64,000 bases of DNA from Negaprion brevirostris (GCA_030324005.1 JARDVH010000133.1:23598409-23662408), one strand, 5' to 3'. Numbered from the stretch's first letter, positions 37,893-51,952 are shown. Numbers and translations are program-made. Notes: generated from the letters alone by a model not told the origin.

Positions 37893-38170
37893 ATCATACA
37901 GAATCCCTACAGTATAAAAGGAGGCCATTAGGTCCATCGAGTTTGCACTGACAACGATCCCTCTCAGCCCCTAACCCCGCAACCCCATCTTTGCCAATTC
38001 CTCTGACACTAAGGGGCAATTTTAGCATGGCTAATCCTCCTAACCTGCACATCTTTGGTCTGTGGGAGGAAACCAATGCAGACACGAGGGGAACGTGCAA
38101 ACTCCACAGTCACCCGAGGTCAGAATTGAACCGAGTTCCTGGAGATGCGAGGCAGCAATGCTAACCTTGT
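37893..38170 (-). mobile_element. HE1-type V-SINE
   Basis: CR1 tail, CCTAACCTGCACATCTTTGG body, tRNA-like head. Confidence 0.8.
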
Positions 38171-38760
38171 GTCAATTTGTGGAGGCATCATATTGCATTT
38201 TTATTTTGCCTAGAAAACCTTATCCAACTTTAGAATGAAAATAAATGATGAAAGTTATTGTCATGAATTTAGTCAAGAATGTTGTAAGCAAATTATGAGA
38301 GGTCAAAACGTTATTAAGAAGACAAATGAAGACTGCTGATAGTTTATGCAGTAATGTGTAAGTGAATTGGAAATTTACCGGCTGTCATGTAGCCATTTCC
38401 TACTCCAGTTGTTCGCATTTAATTGAATGAACTCTTTAATGCTTAGCTGCTTAGAAGGCATTAAAGCTCGGCATAGGTTGCAGTTAACCTTCTGTTATTC
38501 TTTATAAAATTGTGTTGCAAGAGCCATTTTCGTGTGACTTTGATCTTAATTTTCAGCCAACCTGATAAGAACCATGTCTCCAATGAACCCTCCAATCTAG
38601 TGTCTGGATCTTTAAAATCTCCTAGTGTTAAATCCATATTACTGTCATATTGTTTCATAAGCCTTCAAGTGATTCACTCGTGCCTCTGTGATATATTCAG
38701 AGCAACAAGTTTTTTGACTCCTAGTGGGGGGGCGGGGGGGGGGGGGTTAANNNNNNNNNN

Positions 38761-38805
<45 letters not shown>

Positions 38806-40419
38806 CCCGCCCCCCCGCCCCCCCCCCCCCCCCCGGAGCAGGGCTGGACTGCATCTTCTCGTGCATTATTCGCACAAGCTCAGTTCCAACATAGGTCACT
38901 CAACAATCGCCTTGAGAAGATCCAAGGTAATATTACTTTACCCCGACTTCCCACAGCACTGGACATTGAGGCTGTTTGTCGTACCTGACTACTTTCCTGC
39001 TGAAGATCATTGAACCGTCACGATGAGGGATTAAACATTGGAAAAGCTTGTATAAATCAGTGCAATTGTTGTTCCCCTGCAAATGCTACAATTAAATGAA
39101 TATTAATGTATAAATAATACACCACCTACTGTTTACTCATCCTTTCTGTACTTCATTTTTTCTCTCATTTTGCCATTCACTAATAATACCGTTCCCAGCC
39201 TTCATGGTAGTAGTTAATTTTAGTTGCTCAAAGTGGGGCTGAAGAGACCTCTGCTTTCCCTCCCTCAAAGTGGAGATCTGACGGTTGGATTTTCCAGAAG
39301 GTACAACTATTTTTGCTGATTAGTAGGAACTTGAATAGTATTAAAATCTCCATATAGATAGCTAACATTTTAAAATAAATCTGAACTTCCAGTTAATAGC
39401 TGAAAGAATGACATGGCACAATTTCACGTTTCAAGACTTTTACCATCACAAAAGACTCAAAATGCAAATGACCAACTTTAAGCAACTTTAAACCACAAGA
39501 ACGAACATTCCTATTCTTTTAGCACAATTGAAAACACACTTCACAAATATATTTTACACTGTCGTTTAAGTGGACATTCAATTTTCCTGGAGCCAATCCA
39601 AGGTGATTTTTGGTTCCCTTCTCAGACTGGGTAACCCCAGAGCTGTTTTTCACAGTGAGATTTTTTTCCTCTGGCGCAAATTAAGCAAATCTTGTTGCCT
39701 AATTTTAATTCCTCGTGAATTTGGCCTTTTCAATCTGCATGTGAGGTCTAACCTGCATTCCTTTGTGATGAACCACAGTGCCTTGCTGTCGTAGCCGCTG
39801 CTCCTTTCCCCAAGCCTGGGAAACTAATCTTGTCTGAGAGTTTTCAGGATATCTAGGACCTTTCCCCTTTCAAAGCCCATCAAGATGGCATCATGAATCA
39901 TGGGGGCTTTGTACCCAGCTACCCTTGAGACTACAACTCTCTTCTATCTTGCAAGTAAATGGACAGTTTTTAAAGCAGTTGTTTAAATCCTGACATGCTC
40001 AACACTTCTCTGGGACCTGCAGTCTATCCACTGTTAGCAAATGGGATGCTGTCATTGTCGTTTGAAGCAGCTTGCGCACTCTTCCCAGTAATACAGTCTG
40101 GGAGCCCTTTGATCTTTAGCGATCAAACCATTTAGACATGCTGTCAGGCAGACTGCAAAATAGGTAATAAGTAGTAGTCACATGAAAAAATGTGGTTTGA
40201 TTAGGAAGAGCCAGCATAGGTTTCTAAAAGGGAAGCAAAAGAGCATCTTACCCACAGCCTATCCCTGTAACCCCCACATATTTACCTCACTAATTCTCCT
40301 AACCTGCACATCTTGGGACACTAAGAAATTTAGCATTGCCAATCCACCTAACCTGCCCATATTTGGAGTATGGAAGGAAACTGGAGCACTTGGAGGAAAT
40401 CCACACGGGGAGAATGAAT

Positions 40420-40870
40420 TCTGTTCAGAATTGGCATAAAATTATTATGGAACATACCTCAATGGATCTCCTAACCAACATGCTCCAGTCCAAATTGGAT
40501 GCATTCTGGAAAGTATGGGACCCCTACCTCAAATATACAGGTTCCGTAATATCTGACCTACTCCTACAAGGTTTTCCATAGGCTATGTAACACTGCCTGT
40601 AACGTACTATACCTGAAGGTGTGCACCACTTGGCCACGTTCCGTAATTTTATCCACTTTCCCCCCCCATCCTATTCCTTGTCCTTTTTTTTTTGTATAGA
40701 GTGCCAGATGTACTAAACATACTGAACCAGCTGGGTTTGGCTAACTCCTGTCTTTTTCTATATTTATATATGGAGTAATGTTCAAGCTGTACTGTACCAG
40801 TTTTGAGGGTGTATTGCTTATTTACAAAAATGGAAAAAAGTTAATAAAAAGATATCTAAAAAATATATAT
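40420..40870 (+). mobile_element. L1-clade LINE 3' end, adjacent to a - strand V-SINE fragment (40245-40415)
   Basis: WHKIIMEHTSMDLLTNMLQSKLDAFWKVWDPYLKY resembles a fish L1 ORF2 C-terminus; followed by a 3'UTR, AATAAA and an A-rich tail. Confidence 0.6.
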
Positions 40871-43050
40871 AATTTGTGATTTGGACTCTGCTTTCTACAG
40901 CAGGCAGGCAATATTAGAAGACCTACGCTTCTTATCAACCAAATTTAAATTGTGCGTGTTATATGTGGGGTGTTGCATACAATCTCCTCATTACTGCTGG
41001 CCTATTTTGGAGATAACACGGAATGCCTACAGTACGCTCCTTATCGCTCTGACTGATAGGAAAACACACTGCTTTTTGACCATGTATTTCAGGCTGAATT
41101 GCGATTTGTTAATAATGGGAAAGAACTATGCACAGAAGCATATAAAAAGGAGCAACTGCCCCTTTAATATTTGAACAATTTCCTGACCCCCTGTGGGCAC
41201 GAGCCAGTAGGCCCAATCTAGACTTGAGAATTCCTCATGAACATGTAATTAGGTTAGTTTCAGGAAATTGCATGAGGTTCACAATGTGCAGTCTTGGCAA
41301 ATGCAAAGTTTGCTGTTCTCTGATTCCAGTCATTTTGCCCAGGACCTATGTGCTTATTTTAATTTGTGTTTTCTATACTACCATGCATTTATAGCACATG
41401 GTCACAACAAAGCCAGAAAGACTGCCCAATCCATTAAAACTCTAATTGTTTAACCTGTGTAAATAGTGTTCAGTAAACAGGAATTTGTGGTTAAATTGGA
41501 TAAATGGGATCAATGTTTGTACTGCCACACTGGTTATATTCCCTTGACATAAATATTAAATCAGGTGCACAAATGGCACGAACATTGATTTTAAAAATGC
41601 TTAGCAGCATTTGGACAGTAAGGCACTGCTACGAAGTTCAGTTATTTAATGTATGAAGCTGTGTCAATACCCTGATAAAATACTTTAAGCAATTGGTGCA
41701 TTCTGAATATTGCTGAGTAATCCTGCTAAAACTTCATGCCTGTTTATAAAGGGAAGTGGTGGGAGTATAGCAAAATAGTATTGATACATTTAAAGAAAAG
41801 GTAGACAAGTTATGAGAGATAATAGAGGGCTACAATGATAGATTTAGATGGGAGGAGGCTCAAGTGGATCTGTTTCTATGCTGTATATCAGTGAGAATGT
41901 TCTGTTTTGAAATTGTTCCAGAAGGTTAATTTCGCTAATACTGCGATTACATTGAATGCACTGTGATCGTGAATGGTAGGNNNNNNNNNNNNNNNNNNNN
42001 NNNNNNNNNNNNNNNNNNNNNNNNNNNNNNNNNNNNNNNNNNNNNNNNNNNNNNNNNNNNNNNNNNNNNNNNNNNNNNNNAAATAGCATCAACAGACTCT
42101 CATCAATTTGGAACATGTCTAATACATTCATAGATTGCAGGTGATTTTGTTCTGCCCTTGCTTTGGATCCTGTCTCAGGCATGGCATCTCTTACAGCAAC
42201 CACCTATATTTATAAAATGCCTTTAACGCAGTAAATGAAACAAGAAACAAATGTCATATGAAAAGAATTAATGACTGTGCTGTAGTTAAACGGGTAGGTT
42301 TTGATTTTGCTTTTGAAGGTGGAGAGATAGTTGGCAAGGTGGAAAACTGGAGATATTCACAGTAAATGAGGAATTATTGCAGAGTTGGAAATGAGCTAAC
42401 ACACAGAGCCTGCGGACATTGTAGAAGTAAATTGGCATGGAGTTGTGGACACTTTGGTAAACAAAAGCAGGAATTTTTAATTTCAGTTTATTTTTAAGGG
42501 GGAATCAAAAGACGTTAACTAGAGCAGGAGTGTTAGGGGAGTGGGGATAGCATCGGGAGCCACTTATTAAGCAAGCCCAAGGCTTAGAAAGCCACGATGA
42601 TGTGGGCCCCATGTTATAGGTTATTGAACCTCCTCATGTCTGAAATTAAGAGTGCATCAGAAGGAAGGAGACCAAGTGACCGTCTCTGCCAATGAAGATG
42701 AGATTTTGTAAGAATAATGTATTATTCAATCAGACAGATCAATGGCAAATACTAAATACTGAGTGGGGCAATGTTTTTGTAAATTTGGAGAAAAATCTCA
42801 GCAATATACTGGAGGAAATAGAATTAACTCTGAGATTTTTTACAAAGAGCTTTGGAGTGACTGCAGACTCAAGATTAAGACATTGTGCAAAAGTAATTTA
42901 AAAAAAGCAATCATGTGTTGCAACACACTTGCCCCAAATGGTTTATGTACAATTTTAGAAGTAGCATGGACTAGGAATAACTGCTGTAGGTTATGATGGC
43001 ATGCTGACGTATCACAGATGGCAGTTTTATGATGTTTATTTTCTCTATAG

Positions 43051-43176
43051 CCGGTCTTGCCACATACAGCAGTCTGTCTCATTTGTGGAGAAGCAGGAAA
43101 GGAAGACACTGTGGAAGAAGAGGAGGAAAAGTTTGATTTCATGCTGATGGAATGCTCAATTTGTAATGAAATTGTG
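43051..43176 (+). CDS. KDM2B: KDM2B PHD exon 1, 3' end lost in an N gap: [42 protein letters not shown]
   Basis: Acceptor tctctatAG (43049-43050). The expected HPGCLK and donor fall in the Ns at 43177-43186; the sequence after the gap is unrelated. Confidence 0.95.
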
Positions 43177-43354
43177 NNNNNNNNNNAAATAGATTTCAAA
43201 GGGAAATTGGAGGAAAGTGATTCAAAAGAGTTATCAGCGTGAGAAAGAAGTCTGAAGAAATTTAATTATAAAATGAAACTCTTTTGAATAGCAGTCTCTA
43301 AATTGGACATTTTGATAGTATTTAGCCTGAGATGATGATGGAACCTCAACAAAA

Positions 43355-43647
43355 GTACAGTGGTTAGCACTGCTGCCTCACAGTGCCATGGATCTGTGTT
43401 TGATTCCTGGCTTGGGTCACTGTGTGGAGTTAGCACATTCTTCCTGTGCCTGTGTGGGTTTCTTCTGGGTGCTCCAATTTCCTCCCACAGTCCAAAGGTG
43501 TGCAGGTTAGGTGAATTGGCCATGCTAAATTGCCCCTTAGTGTACCTGAACAGATGCCGGAGTGTGGCAACTAGAGGATTTTCATAGTAACTTCATTACA
43601 GTGTGAATGTAAACCTATTTGCGACTAATAAATAAACTTTAAACTTG
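43355..43647 (+). mobile_element. V-SINE, alternative-tail subfamily
   Basis: CAGTGGTTAGCACTGCTGCCTCACAG head, V-domain, tail ending CTAATAAATAAACTTTAAACTT. Confidence 0.85.
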
Positions 43648-45135
43648 TAAGTACTTGCATTTTTAGAGTACAGTTAATGTTGAAATTTTTCCCAATGTAC
43701 TTTGTTGTCATGAGCCTAAAAGAGCAAATGGATGCCATCCTTAGATAACCTAAATCTTACGTTGGACATATTTTAAAGCAGTGTCAGAACTCATCCGTTA
43801 AACCTGGAAATGTTATTCTATCATGGTTTATAATGTCAAATTATATTTTTTATATGTTGTATATTTTGATGTATTTGATTATGTATTATTTAATTTGTTA
43901 AATAAAAGCAGCAGAATAGTTTTACCTTTTGTAAAATGGTTGGGATAGTCAGTTTAGTACTGTTCAGTACTGCAGCTGAATGCTTGGTGATTAAAAAGTC
44001 TTCATTAAGCCACATTACATAAAACTACAGGTTTGTGAAGTATTCTGATCAGCTTTGAATGCTGCACACACTCCCAGCTGTGAACTGAGATTAAAACAAT
44101 TCTCACTGCACATTTGAGCATGGGTATTATTTTCTGGATTAGGTCTAAACCGAATGATCTGAATCTTGTTTGTGAAGTTGACAACTCCCCAAACCTGGTA
44201 AAGAAATTAATTCAAAGCTGATCGATAAAAAGCTTTTATCAATGTAAGACATTCTGAAGAAGGACGTGAGATTGAAACACATCTGACTTCTGTGTATTAA
44301 ATAGAGATCATTTCAGAAACACATGGTGACTGTGAAATCAGCACTGTGTATCACATCATAGTCACCCAGTGCCATCACTTAATCATGGCTTTCAGCCAAA
44401 CAGTCTTAACTATAAAGAGCTAGCTTAAACAGATTATAGAGTTACCTAAGCTAAGTCCCTTCTGAGGCACTTATCACTAGTTTCAGTTATAATGCAGTGG
44501 CCAGTTGTAATTTTATGACCATGAAATACCACAGGAATTCACAAAATGTCACATCTCTGAAATTACACAATCAAAAGTTCCTCATCATTTTATTACATTT
44601 GAAAATGACCACAGCTGGGATTTTCCAGCCACGCTCACCCCAGGCCAGAAATTCCTGCCTGGGGTCAAAGGACCTTTGCACAGTTTGCCGAATTTTCTGT
44701 CCCGCCTGCTACGGTTCCCCACATGGTTTAAGCTCCCAGGCAATCCACACCTTTGCACTCATCACCCTGCCCTTTCTAATGAAAGGGATTAATGCAGTAC
44801 CATTCATACGAATAATGCAAGGCTACATTACTGGTGACTATAGTTCATGATTTTTGAATAGATCTGTTATTGAAATTTTTATTTAGTGACCTCCTATTTA
44901 CAGTTTTTTGTCAACTTTTTGAGCTTTACGCCAAAGCTTCCAGCAAGTCAGGCAATGCCAATCAGATTAACGTTGTCATTGTATGATGCCCTATATACAG
45001 AATTACTTATCAGTTGCCATGTGTATTTTAATTTTAATCATAAATATTGTTTTGTTCCTTTGTGCTGCTGAAGAATTATCTGTTTATCAGAGTGGACTTT
45101 TAATAATGGTGTTAACTTCCTGCCCTGGTTATTAG

Positions 45136-45222
45136 GTACAAGATGGAGGTGGAGTTGTCAATGAAGAGCTTCCAAACTGCTGGGAATGTCCAAAGTGTAA
45201 TCATGAAGGAAAGACAGGGAAA
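45136..45222 (+). CDS. KDM2B: KDM2B PHD exon 2 (87 nt): [29 protein letters not shown]
   Basis: Acceptor attAG, donor GTAAGT (45223); conserved [10 protein letters not shown]. Confidence 0.95.
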
Positions 45223-46952
45223 GTAAGTTTTAATTAAAGTTTTCTGTCCAGGCCATTTACTGGGAGGGTCACTATACGTTGACGTTCAGCTGCAGTCACT
45301 AGATAATGATGAGGGACCGCGACTTCTCTTTCCTCCCTTCATTGTCTCTAACATTCAGGTAAATCATAGGAGTCTCATCACCACTGTAACAAGTTGGCTT
45401 ACTCAGCCCAGACTAAGAACTAAAGCGGGAACTTAATTATTTCTTGATGACCTGGTGCAAGCTACGTGGTTATGTTTACAAACAGGATAACTGGGGGAGG
45501 CACCGTTTAGAAGGAAAAATATTTTGACAGGGTTTCATGATTCACTGAATAACTCTAAAAGAAGTCTTAGTTGAATGTTAGCATAAAGCAGCTGTCTGCA
45601 TCATACCCCCGCCCCGCTCCAGTCCAATTCAACATGAAATTATTCAGCCAATCAACAAATTGTCTTTAAGTGCTGTGGAAAATGTAGTTTATTCCATCCA
45701 TGTATAGTCATAGGTTGTTGACATTTAAATTAGGCACCTAATTATGTGATATCAGGTGCAAATTGATGACAGTACACTGGTGTCACAATGCATTATGGAA
45801 TATAGAGCATAACGACATTCCCAGGTGTTCAGCAGTCGGTTGCCAACTTCAGCCTGGCCATAGGGTTGAGTGCCAAACAATCTCAGACGATGAGCAAATC
45901 TGCTCATTGGTCAACGCACACATGTGGACTTCACTGCTGCTCATTCTGTGGTGAATAAAAGATCTGGAACATGGTTCTCTTTCAGCTAAGTTTTACCTGC
46001 TCCGCGACACACCATGTTCTGTCATTATGTATGTCAAGCTCATGCACTTTGTGAATACTTGCTTTGTCAATCACTAGCTGACAGTATCTGGCACTGGACG
46101 TGGAATGGAATATGTATGTACAACTGTTGAAGCTAATACAAAGCATCATTGTGGCCACAAAACACAGAATGAAATATGTCCAACAGTGCCACAGGGTCAG
46201 GGTGTCATTACCAGAAGATTGGGAGCAGGTTGACTGTTCTTTCTTTCAGGGAATAGTGCATGTCAAATTAAACTTGAAAAGAAAATGTTTTGACACAGGT
46301 AGATTTGTGGCAGGAATAATTTTCTTTTGGCTGTGACAGTCTCTGAGATGAGAGCAGTGGAGAATGAGGAACCAGTTGATGTATTCTTTAACAGGGTTTG
46401 CAGTAATTGCAACAACCATATTATGTATTTTTTGTTGCATAATCTGGGATTTTGGGAATGCAGGCATGATTATATCAATTTTTCTGTGAAAGTGGAAAAC
46501 CAATTGTTTCTGTTGCAGTACACAAAAGGGAGGTTGGTTGTGATTTCCCATAATTAGGGCTATTATTTTACAATAACCAAATAAATCAAGTTCCATTCCT
46601 TTTGTATGGGAATTATTGATACTTTCAGACTGTGTTCTGCAATTCTGTCTACTTTTTCAAAACTAGCCAGTAGTGACTTTGACTTTAGGAAGGTGTCTGA
46701 TATTCTTTATTACAGCATGATAATGTGGTTGTGTTTGTGAAATTTAGGGCTTATCCACAAGAAACTGTTCAAAAAAAGAAAGCAGGGTAATAATTTTATT
46801 TAAGTCAGGAACTGAATTTTGGAGCATAATTTCTCCACAAATCACTGCTCAGACCCCAACTTGTTCTGAATGAAATTTTGATAATTTTCAATATTTTCTG
46901 TAAGTGGCAGATTTATTTAATTTTCAGCTAATGAAGTACTGTGCAATGCAGT

Positions 46953-47701
46953 TGTTAGCGTATCAGATCAGAAACCCCAAGGTATATTACGAAGCCAGAT
47001 TAGACCCCAACAATTTTCTATTTTGGCATTAGTGTGAGGATAAGATGTTGCAGTCCTAGAGTGATCCTACTGACAAACTAGGAAGCTTTTATCAAACAAA
47101 CTTTATTTAACAACATAGTTTAACTATAACAAATGAATCAGCCTAACATTTAACAATTGAATAGTACTTAAACATGACAAGATACAAGTCTTAAGTGCTA
47201 ATTTAGCGATGTGAGTTCCCATTTAAGCAATATTCCTCTTGTAGACCTAAACCCCCTCTTTAAAATTAGATACCAAAACACAGGCATACTTGCTGTGACT
47301 TAGGTTAGCAGCCTGGAGCTTTCAGAGAGGTCTTTTCAGAGAGAGAGCTGCTGCTTTCTTGTAGTGCAGGCAGTAACTCCCTTTTTGTTTTAAAAATAAA
47401 ACTGAAAATAGTATTTCTTTCCTGCAAGCTTAGCCCTCCCATTAATCACATGACTCTGTCAATCAAATGAACCAGAAGCCTACTCTGAAACCCCAGGGGA
47501 GCCCCAGCAAACACAAATGCCTTACCTCTGCTTAAACAAACACTCCATGTTTACAATGAATATTTATCTTGTTCTCCCAGTCACTAATTTAAAGGTTTTC
47601 CTAGACAAATTGGCACCTGGCAGAACAGATCTGAACACTAAACATACCCCTTACATGAAACATGATATAAATTTATTTCTTAAAAGCACAGTTTTGTCAC
47701 A
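46953..47701. mobile_element. Solo LTR (749 bp), Gypsy/ERV-type
   Basis: Starts TGT (46953), ends TCACA (47701); exact 4-bp TSD CAGT at 46949-46952 and 47702-47705. Confidence 0.7.
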
Positions 47702-48824
47702 CAGTCCATGAGTCCCAAGCTCATTTCTCCAAGGATAGTAAGAAACAGAAAGGAGCAAAGGGGATTCAGTCATTGAATGACTTGATGTTGGCAGATGAGA
47801 AAGATCTTTTGAAGAGATTGTACACTGGACTTCAAAGGTATGCATAAAATGTGATTCATAGATCAGAATATCCTGTTTAACTGCCCAGTTGGTCAATATA
47901 CAAGTGCAAAAATATTATTCCCAATAATAGTGCTTTTTACACCAATTATTTCACAGTTACAGCATTGCCTTCTGTCCCAACACAATAATTCTGGAATAGA
48001 AGAAATAAGTACAGTTTTCCAATTTGGATTACTGTAATGTGGAGTTGATCTCATGGAACAAAACCTCATTGAAACAAATGATGGAGATGTGCACCATGAT
48101 AATCCAAAAGGTGACCTTTCCTTAGAACAGTGGTAATGCCAGTTTTGGCCTAGCTATTAAGAGACCAGTCAGATCAGCAAGGACTGATTCAGTCTTGATT
48201 TGCCCCCATGCTGTTTTCCCTGCAATGTTGTAAAAGCTTCTAATCACTGTCATTCGGAATTTGCTAAGCTTAATGCATTTAAGCTATGCCATGGTTTTCT
48301 TCTACAAATTGCAACAATATACGATGCAACTGAGCGAATAACACACAAAGCGAACCGAGGAAAGGTGGTGGACGCTCTGATAGCTCAACTGAGTTAAGCA
48401 GCTGAGGAGATAAAACAAAAGAAACTACAGAAGCAGTTTATAACTGGAACAGTTACAACTTCAACAGCCAAACAGGCACAATGGTATTGGCATCCTTTAA
48501 TTGTTCTTTCTATGTAGTAAGCAGGATCAGAATGTTCATACATTTTGCAAGGACACATTGGCCATCACTAAGCATGCTGTAATTTTAATGGAATCTGTCT
48601 TTTTACTGTAAGCCAGCCAGAAGGAATGAGCTATCATTTACTTTCATGTTTTTTGGTTAATTCTGAACTCACATGACCTCCTGAGTTTTTCAAAATAGAA
48701 AAATACAATGCATTGCATTGTTTCAGATACATGCTGATGAATATCCTTTGCTGATAACATAGTAGATAATACACCAACATTCTCTCTATAAGTAAAAGGA
48801 AAAAGCTAATGGGAACTGATTTTA

Positions 48825-49137
48825 AAACATAGAGCCACTGCAGTGCAGAAGGAGGGCATTCGGCCCATTGAAGCAGCACTGGTAACAATCCCACCCAGGT
48901 CCTAAACCTGTAACCCCATGTATTTGCTCTGCTAGTCTCCCTGACACTAAGGGCCAATTTAGCGTGGCCAATCCACCTAACCTGCACACTGCTGTGGGAG
49001 GGAACTGGAGCACCTGGCAGAAACTGACACAGAAGCAGCAAACACATACAGACTCCACACAGTCACCCAAGGCCAGAATGATACCCAGGTCCCTGGCACT
49101 GAGAAGCAGCAGTGCTAATCACTGTGCCACAATGCCA
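48825..49137 (-). mobile_element. HE1-type V-SINE
   Basis: Head GCAGCAGTGCTAATCACTGTGCCAC (reverse complement), V-domain, CR1 tail. Confidence 0.85.
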
Positions 49138-49869
49138 GCTCAATGCATGTCAAAAAGAATTAAACAAAGTAAACACTTTCACATCACTGGAATTCACTTT
49201 AATTCTCTTTATTGTTCTAGCTATCCTCTAAGGTGGATCCTGTAAGAATCCACATGGATTCTTCCCTGAACTTTTTCGCTACATGACCCTGTACCTTTAC
49301 ATACCTCAAGACATGGATGCCTCAGTCCCTTGTTCAGGCTGTCAGTAGCTACCCAACTGCCTTCTCATAACTTTCCAAGCTAAATCTGCTGACTGTTTTC
49401 TGCCACAAGGCTCTATGAGGATCACTGTAAATTTCTTCCACAGGCTGCAAACTAGAGCAAATCTTCTAGCTGCTTTTCCCTCTTGAAATCAAAACTCCCT
49501 GCTTCTGTCAACAAACACAGACAAATTAAACAAAAGAACCTTCTAATCCAGGCTCCACAGGAATTGATATCTCTTTGGTAATGTGGCATGCTTTGGGATC
49601 GTTGAAACTAAAATGCAAAAGAATTATTTTACCTTGAGCACAACTATTTCATTCTGCAACCTATACAAATAATTTATATTGTTAATTGAGTTTTTGCACC
49701 TTTCTCCAGACTCCCATGCTCCATTACAAGCTTAGAGATGGATTGTTTATTGTTCAAGTATTTTCACTATCAACTCTGACTTTGCAAGATAAACACAGGA
49801 TATCTTTTAAGTAAAATAAACCTGGGCTTGGTTGAGTATACTTTCCTCCAGTCACCACTACTCTATTGT

Positions 49870-51010
49870 ATTTAATCTCTCAACAGACTTGCATTCCATA
49901 TTCTGCTCTGCAGCCCTGTATCCCTTTCAACTGATTGGAATTAATCTTTCCTCGGTTACATATGTTCACTATTGTTTGCTCCTTGTCCATTTCTAAATTG
50001 CCTTAAACCTAACAATATCATAATTAGCATTTCTTAGCTGTCCCCTCCCTTCATTCCCCAGGATCAGATCCATCATTGTTCCCGCCCTTGTTGGGCTGGA
50101 AAGATAAAGAATGTTTTCTTGTGAATATTTCCAAAATTGCTCCCCATCTTTGTCCTCTACACTATTATTTTCCCAGTTTATGTGAGACTGATTAAAGTTC
50201 TCTATCATTCATCTATCAACGTTGCATCTTTTTGTAACGTGCCTGCAAATTTGCGCCTTGCTTTGGTGACTTATGGTACCTCATAATAACTCCTCCATCT
50301 TTTCTCATTTCTAACTAAACAGCTTCTATATTTGAACCATCGGATATATTGTCTCTTTCCAGTCTGTAACAATATCTTGACTAATGCTGCCATTCCTGAT
50401 TTTCGGCACCTCTCTTCTCCTATCCCTCCATTTCTCCCTTCCCTATCTTCTGAATAATTTGCAGCCTGAAAAAACATTAAGTTCCTGATTTCCTTGTTTA
50501 AACCAAGTCTCTGCTATTGCCTCTATATTGTAATCCCAGTTTATGATTGTAGTTTCCCTGCCTTGTTTATCACATCTACTCATTTACACACAAGTAGTTC
50601 AGACCTGTGACATAGAACATAGAACATTACAGCGCAGAACAGGCCCTTCGGCCCACGATGTTGCGCCGACCAGTTACAAAAACAGTNNNNNNNNNNNNNN
50701 NNNNNNNNNNNNNNNNNNNNNNNNNNNNNNNNNNNNNNNNNNNNNNNNNNNNNNNNNNNNNNNNNNNNNNNNNNNNNNNNNNNNNNTTTCCTCAACCTCT
50801 CTGGAACTTTTAGGAGGTCTATAAAAGACTCTGTGACAGTCTGTGTTTCCTCCTAACATACTCCCCTCCCCTTCCTTGTCTTAACTTTCCTGCTTTTGAA
50901 CTATTTCTTATTCCAATATTTTGTTTTGCCACATCCCCTATGTACCTTGTTTCTTCTCCCAATCCTTCATTCTGGTGCCCCTCCTCAGGCCAAATTAGTT
51001 TAAACACTCC
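49870..51010 (-). mobile_element. Decayed CR1 endonuclease region with a nested younger CR1 3' end (about 50610-50686)
   Basis: NFNQSHINWE, SPTRAGTMMDLILGNE and VFYRPP motifs; (CATAGAA)n tail. Confidence 0.7.
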
Positions 51011-51823
51011 CCCACCATACTTGAGATATTAGTCCAGATGTCCCCCTCCCCTCCTGACCCAATATATCTTACGCACTTATCTCCTTCTCTCAAAGTGGCT
51101 GGGAGCTTTAAATGTACCCAGTTTACAACAGCTGATGTTTTAAAAGGGGGGCATGGTTCGCATTCGCCAAAGCTTCTGCACTGAAGGGACCTCAGGAGCA
51201 GCTACACTGCGCACTTCTCAGGAGGCCCATGTTGAGTGAGAAATGTGCAGATCTAGACCAAGTTAAAAGGAGCTGAGTGGCAGTCTGCTCCACTCCACAC
51301 CACTGAAGATTCTAACCCTGTAGGAACCAATCCCTCCTTCCCCTGAGCTACTTCCAATGTGTTTGGACTCTGAAACTATCCCTATTGAGCCATTTCCCTA
51401 GCCACATGTTAACCTGCCTTCTCTTACCGCTCCCTTTGCTCCCTAGATTATGATATTGGGAGTAATTCAGAAATGTTTTGAAGTCCTGCTTTTCCAGGCT
51501 CCTGAAACTCAGATTACAGAGCGACAAATCTCTTCCTTCCTACGTCATTGGTTCCAACATGAATTGTGACTTCTGGCTGTTTCCTTTCTCATGCGGATCC
51601 ATACCCANNNNNNNNNNNNNNNNNNNNNNNNNNNNNNNNNNNNNNNNNNNNNNNNNNNNNNNNNNNNNNNNNNNNNNNNNNNNNNNNNNNNNNNNNNNNN
51701 NNNNNNNCGGATCCATACCCATTTTGTGATGTATAAATTATACCATGGATCACTGTACTTGTATCATTGAGTATGTATATGCACATATTCCTGATATAAA
51801 GTAGTGATCTTTAAAAGATTATT

Positions 51824-51952
51824 GGGGGGAGTTTTCCCGTCCTGCCCGCCACTGGAATCGTAGCGGGCAAGGGGCGTGGACCATGCCAAGATCCATTTAT
51901 CTCGGGTGGGATTTTCTGGTTTTGGGGCAAGTATGGCTGGAAAATCCTGCCC
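51824..51952. mobile_element. GC-rich MITE-like element
   Basis: Imperfect TIRs GGGGGGAGTTTTCCCG / CTGGAAAATCCTGCCC; related to 27578-27702. Confidence 0.6.

Noticed and set aside
38510-39013. 167-aa ORF with poly-Gly and poly-Pro
   Set aside because: It comes from a G run and a C run on either side of a 10-N gap (38725-38835), typical of low-quality contig ends or poly-G artefacts; there is no splice or homology support.
51594-51721. 14-bp direct repeat CGGATCCATACCCA flanking a 100-N gap
   Set aside because: Could be the TSD of a hidden insertion, but cannot be told apart from a contig overlap without reads.
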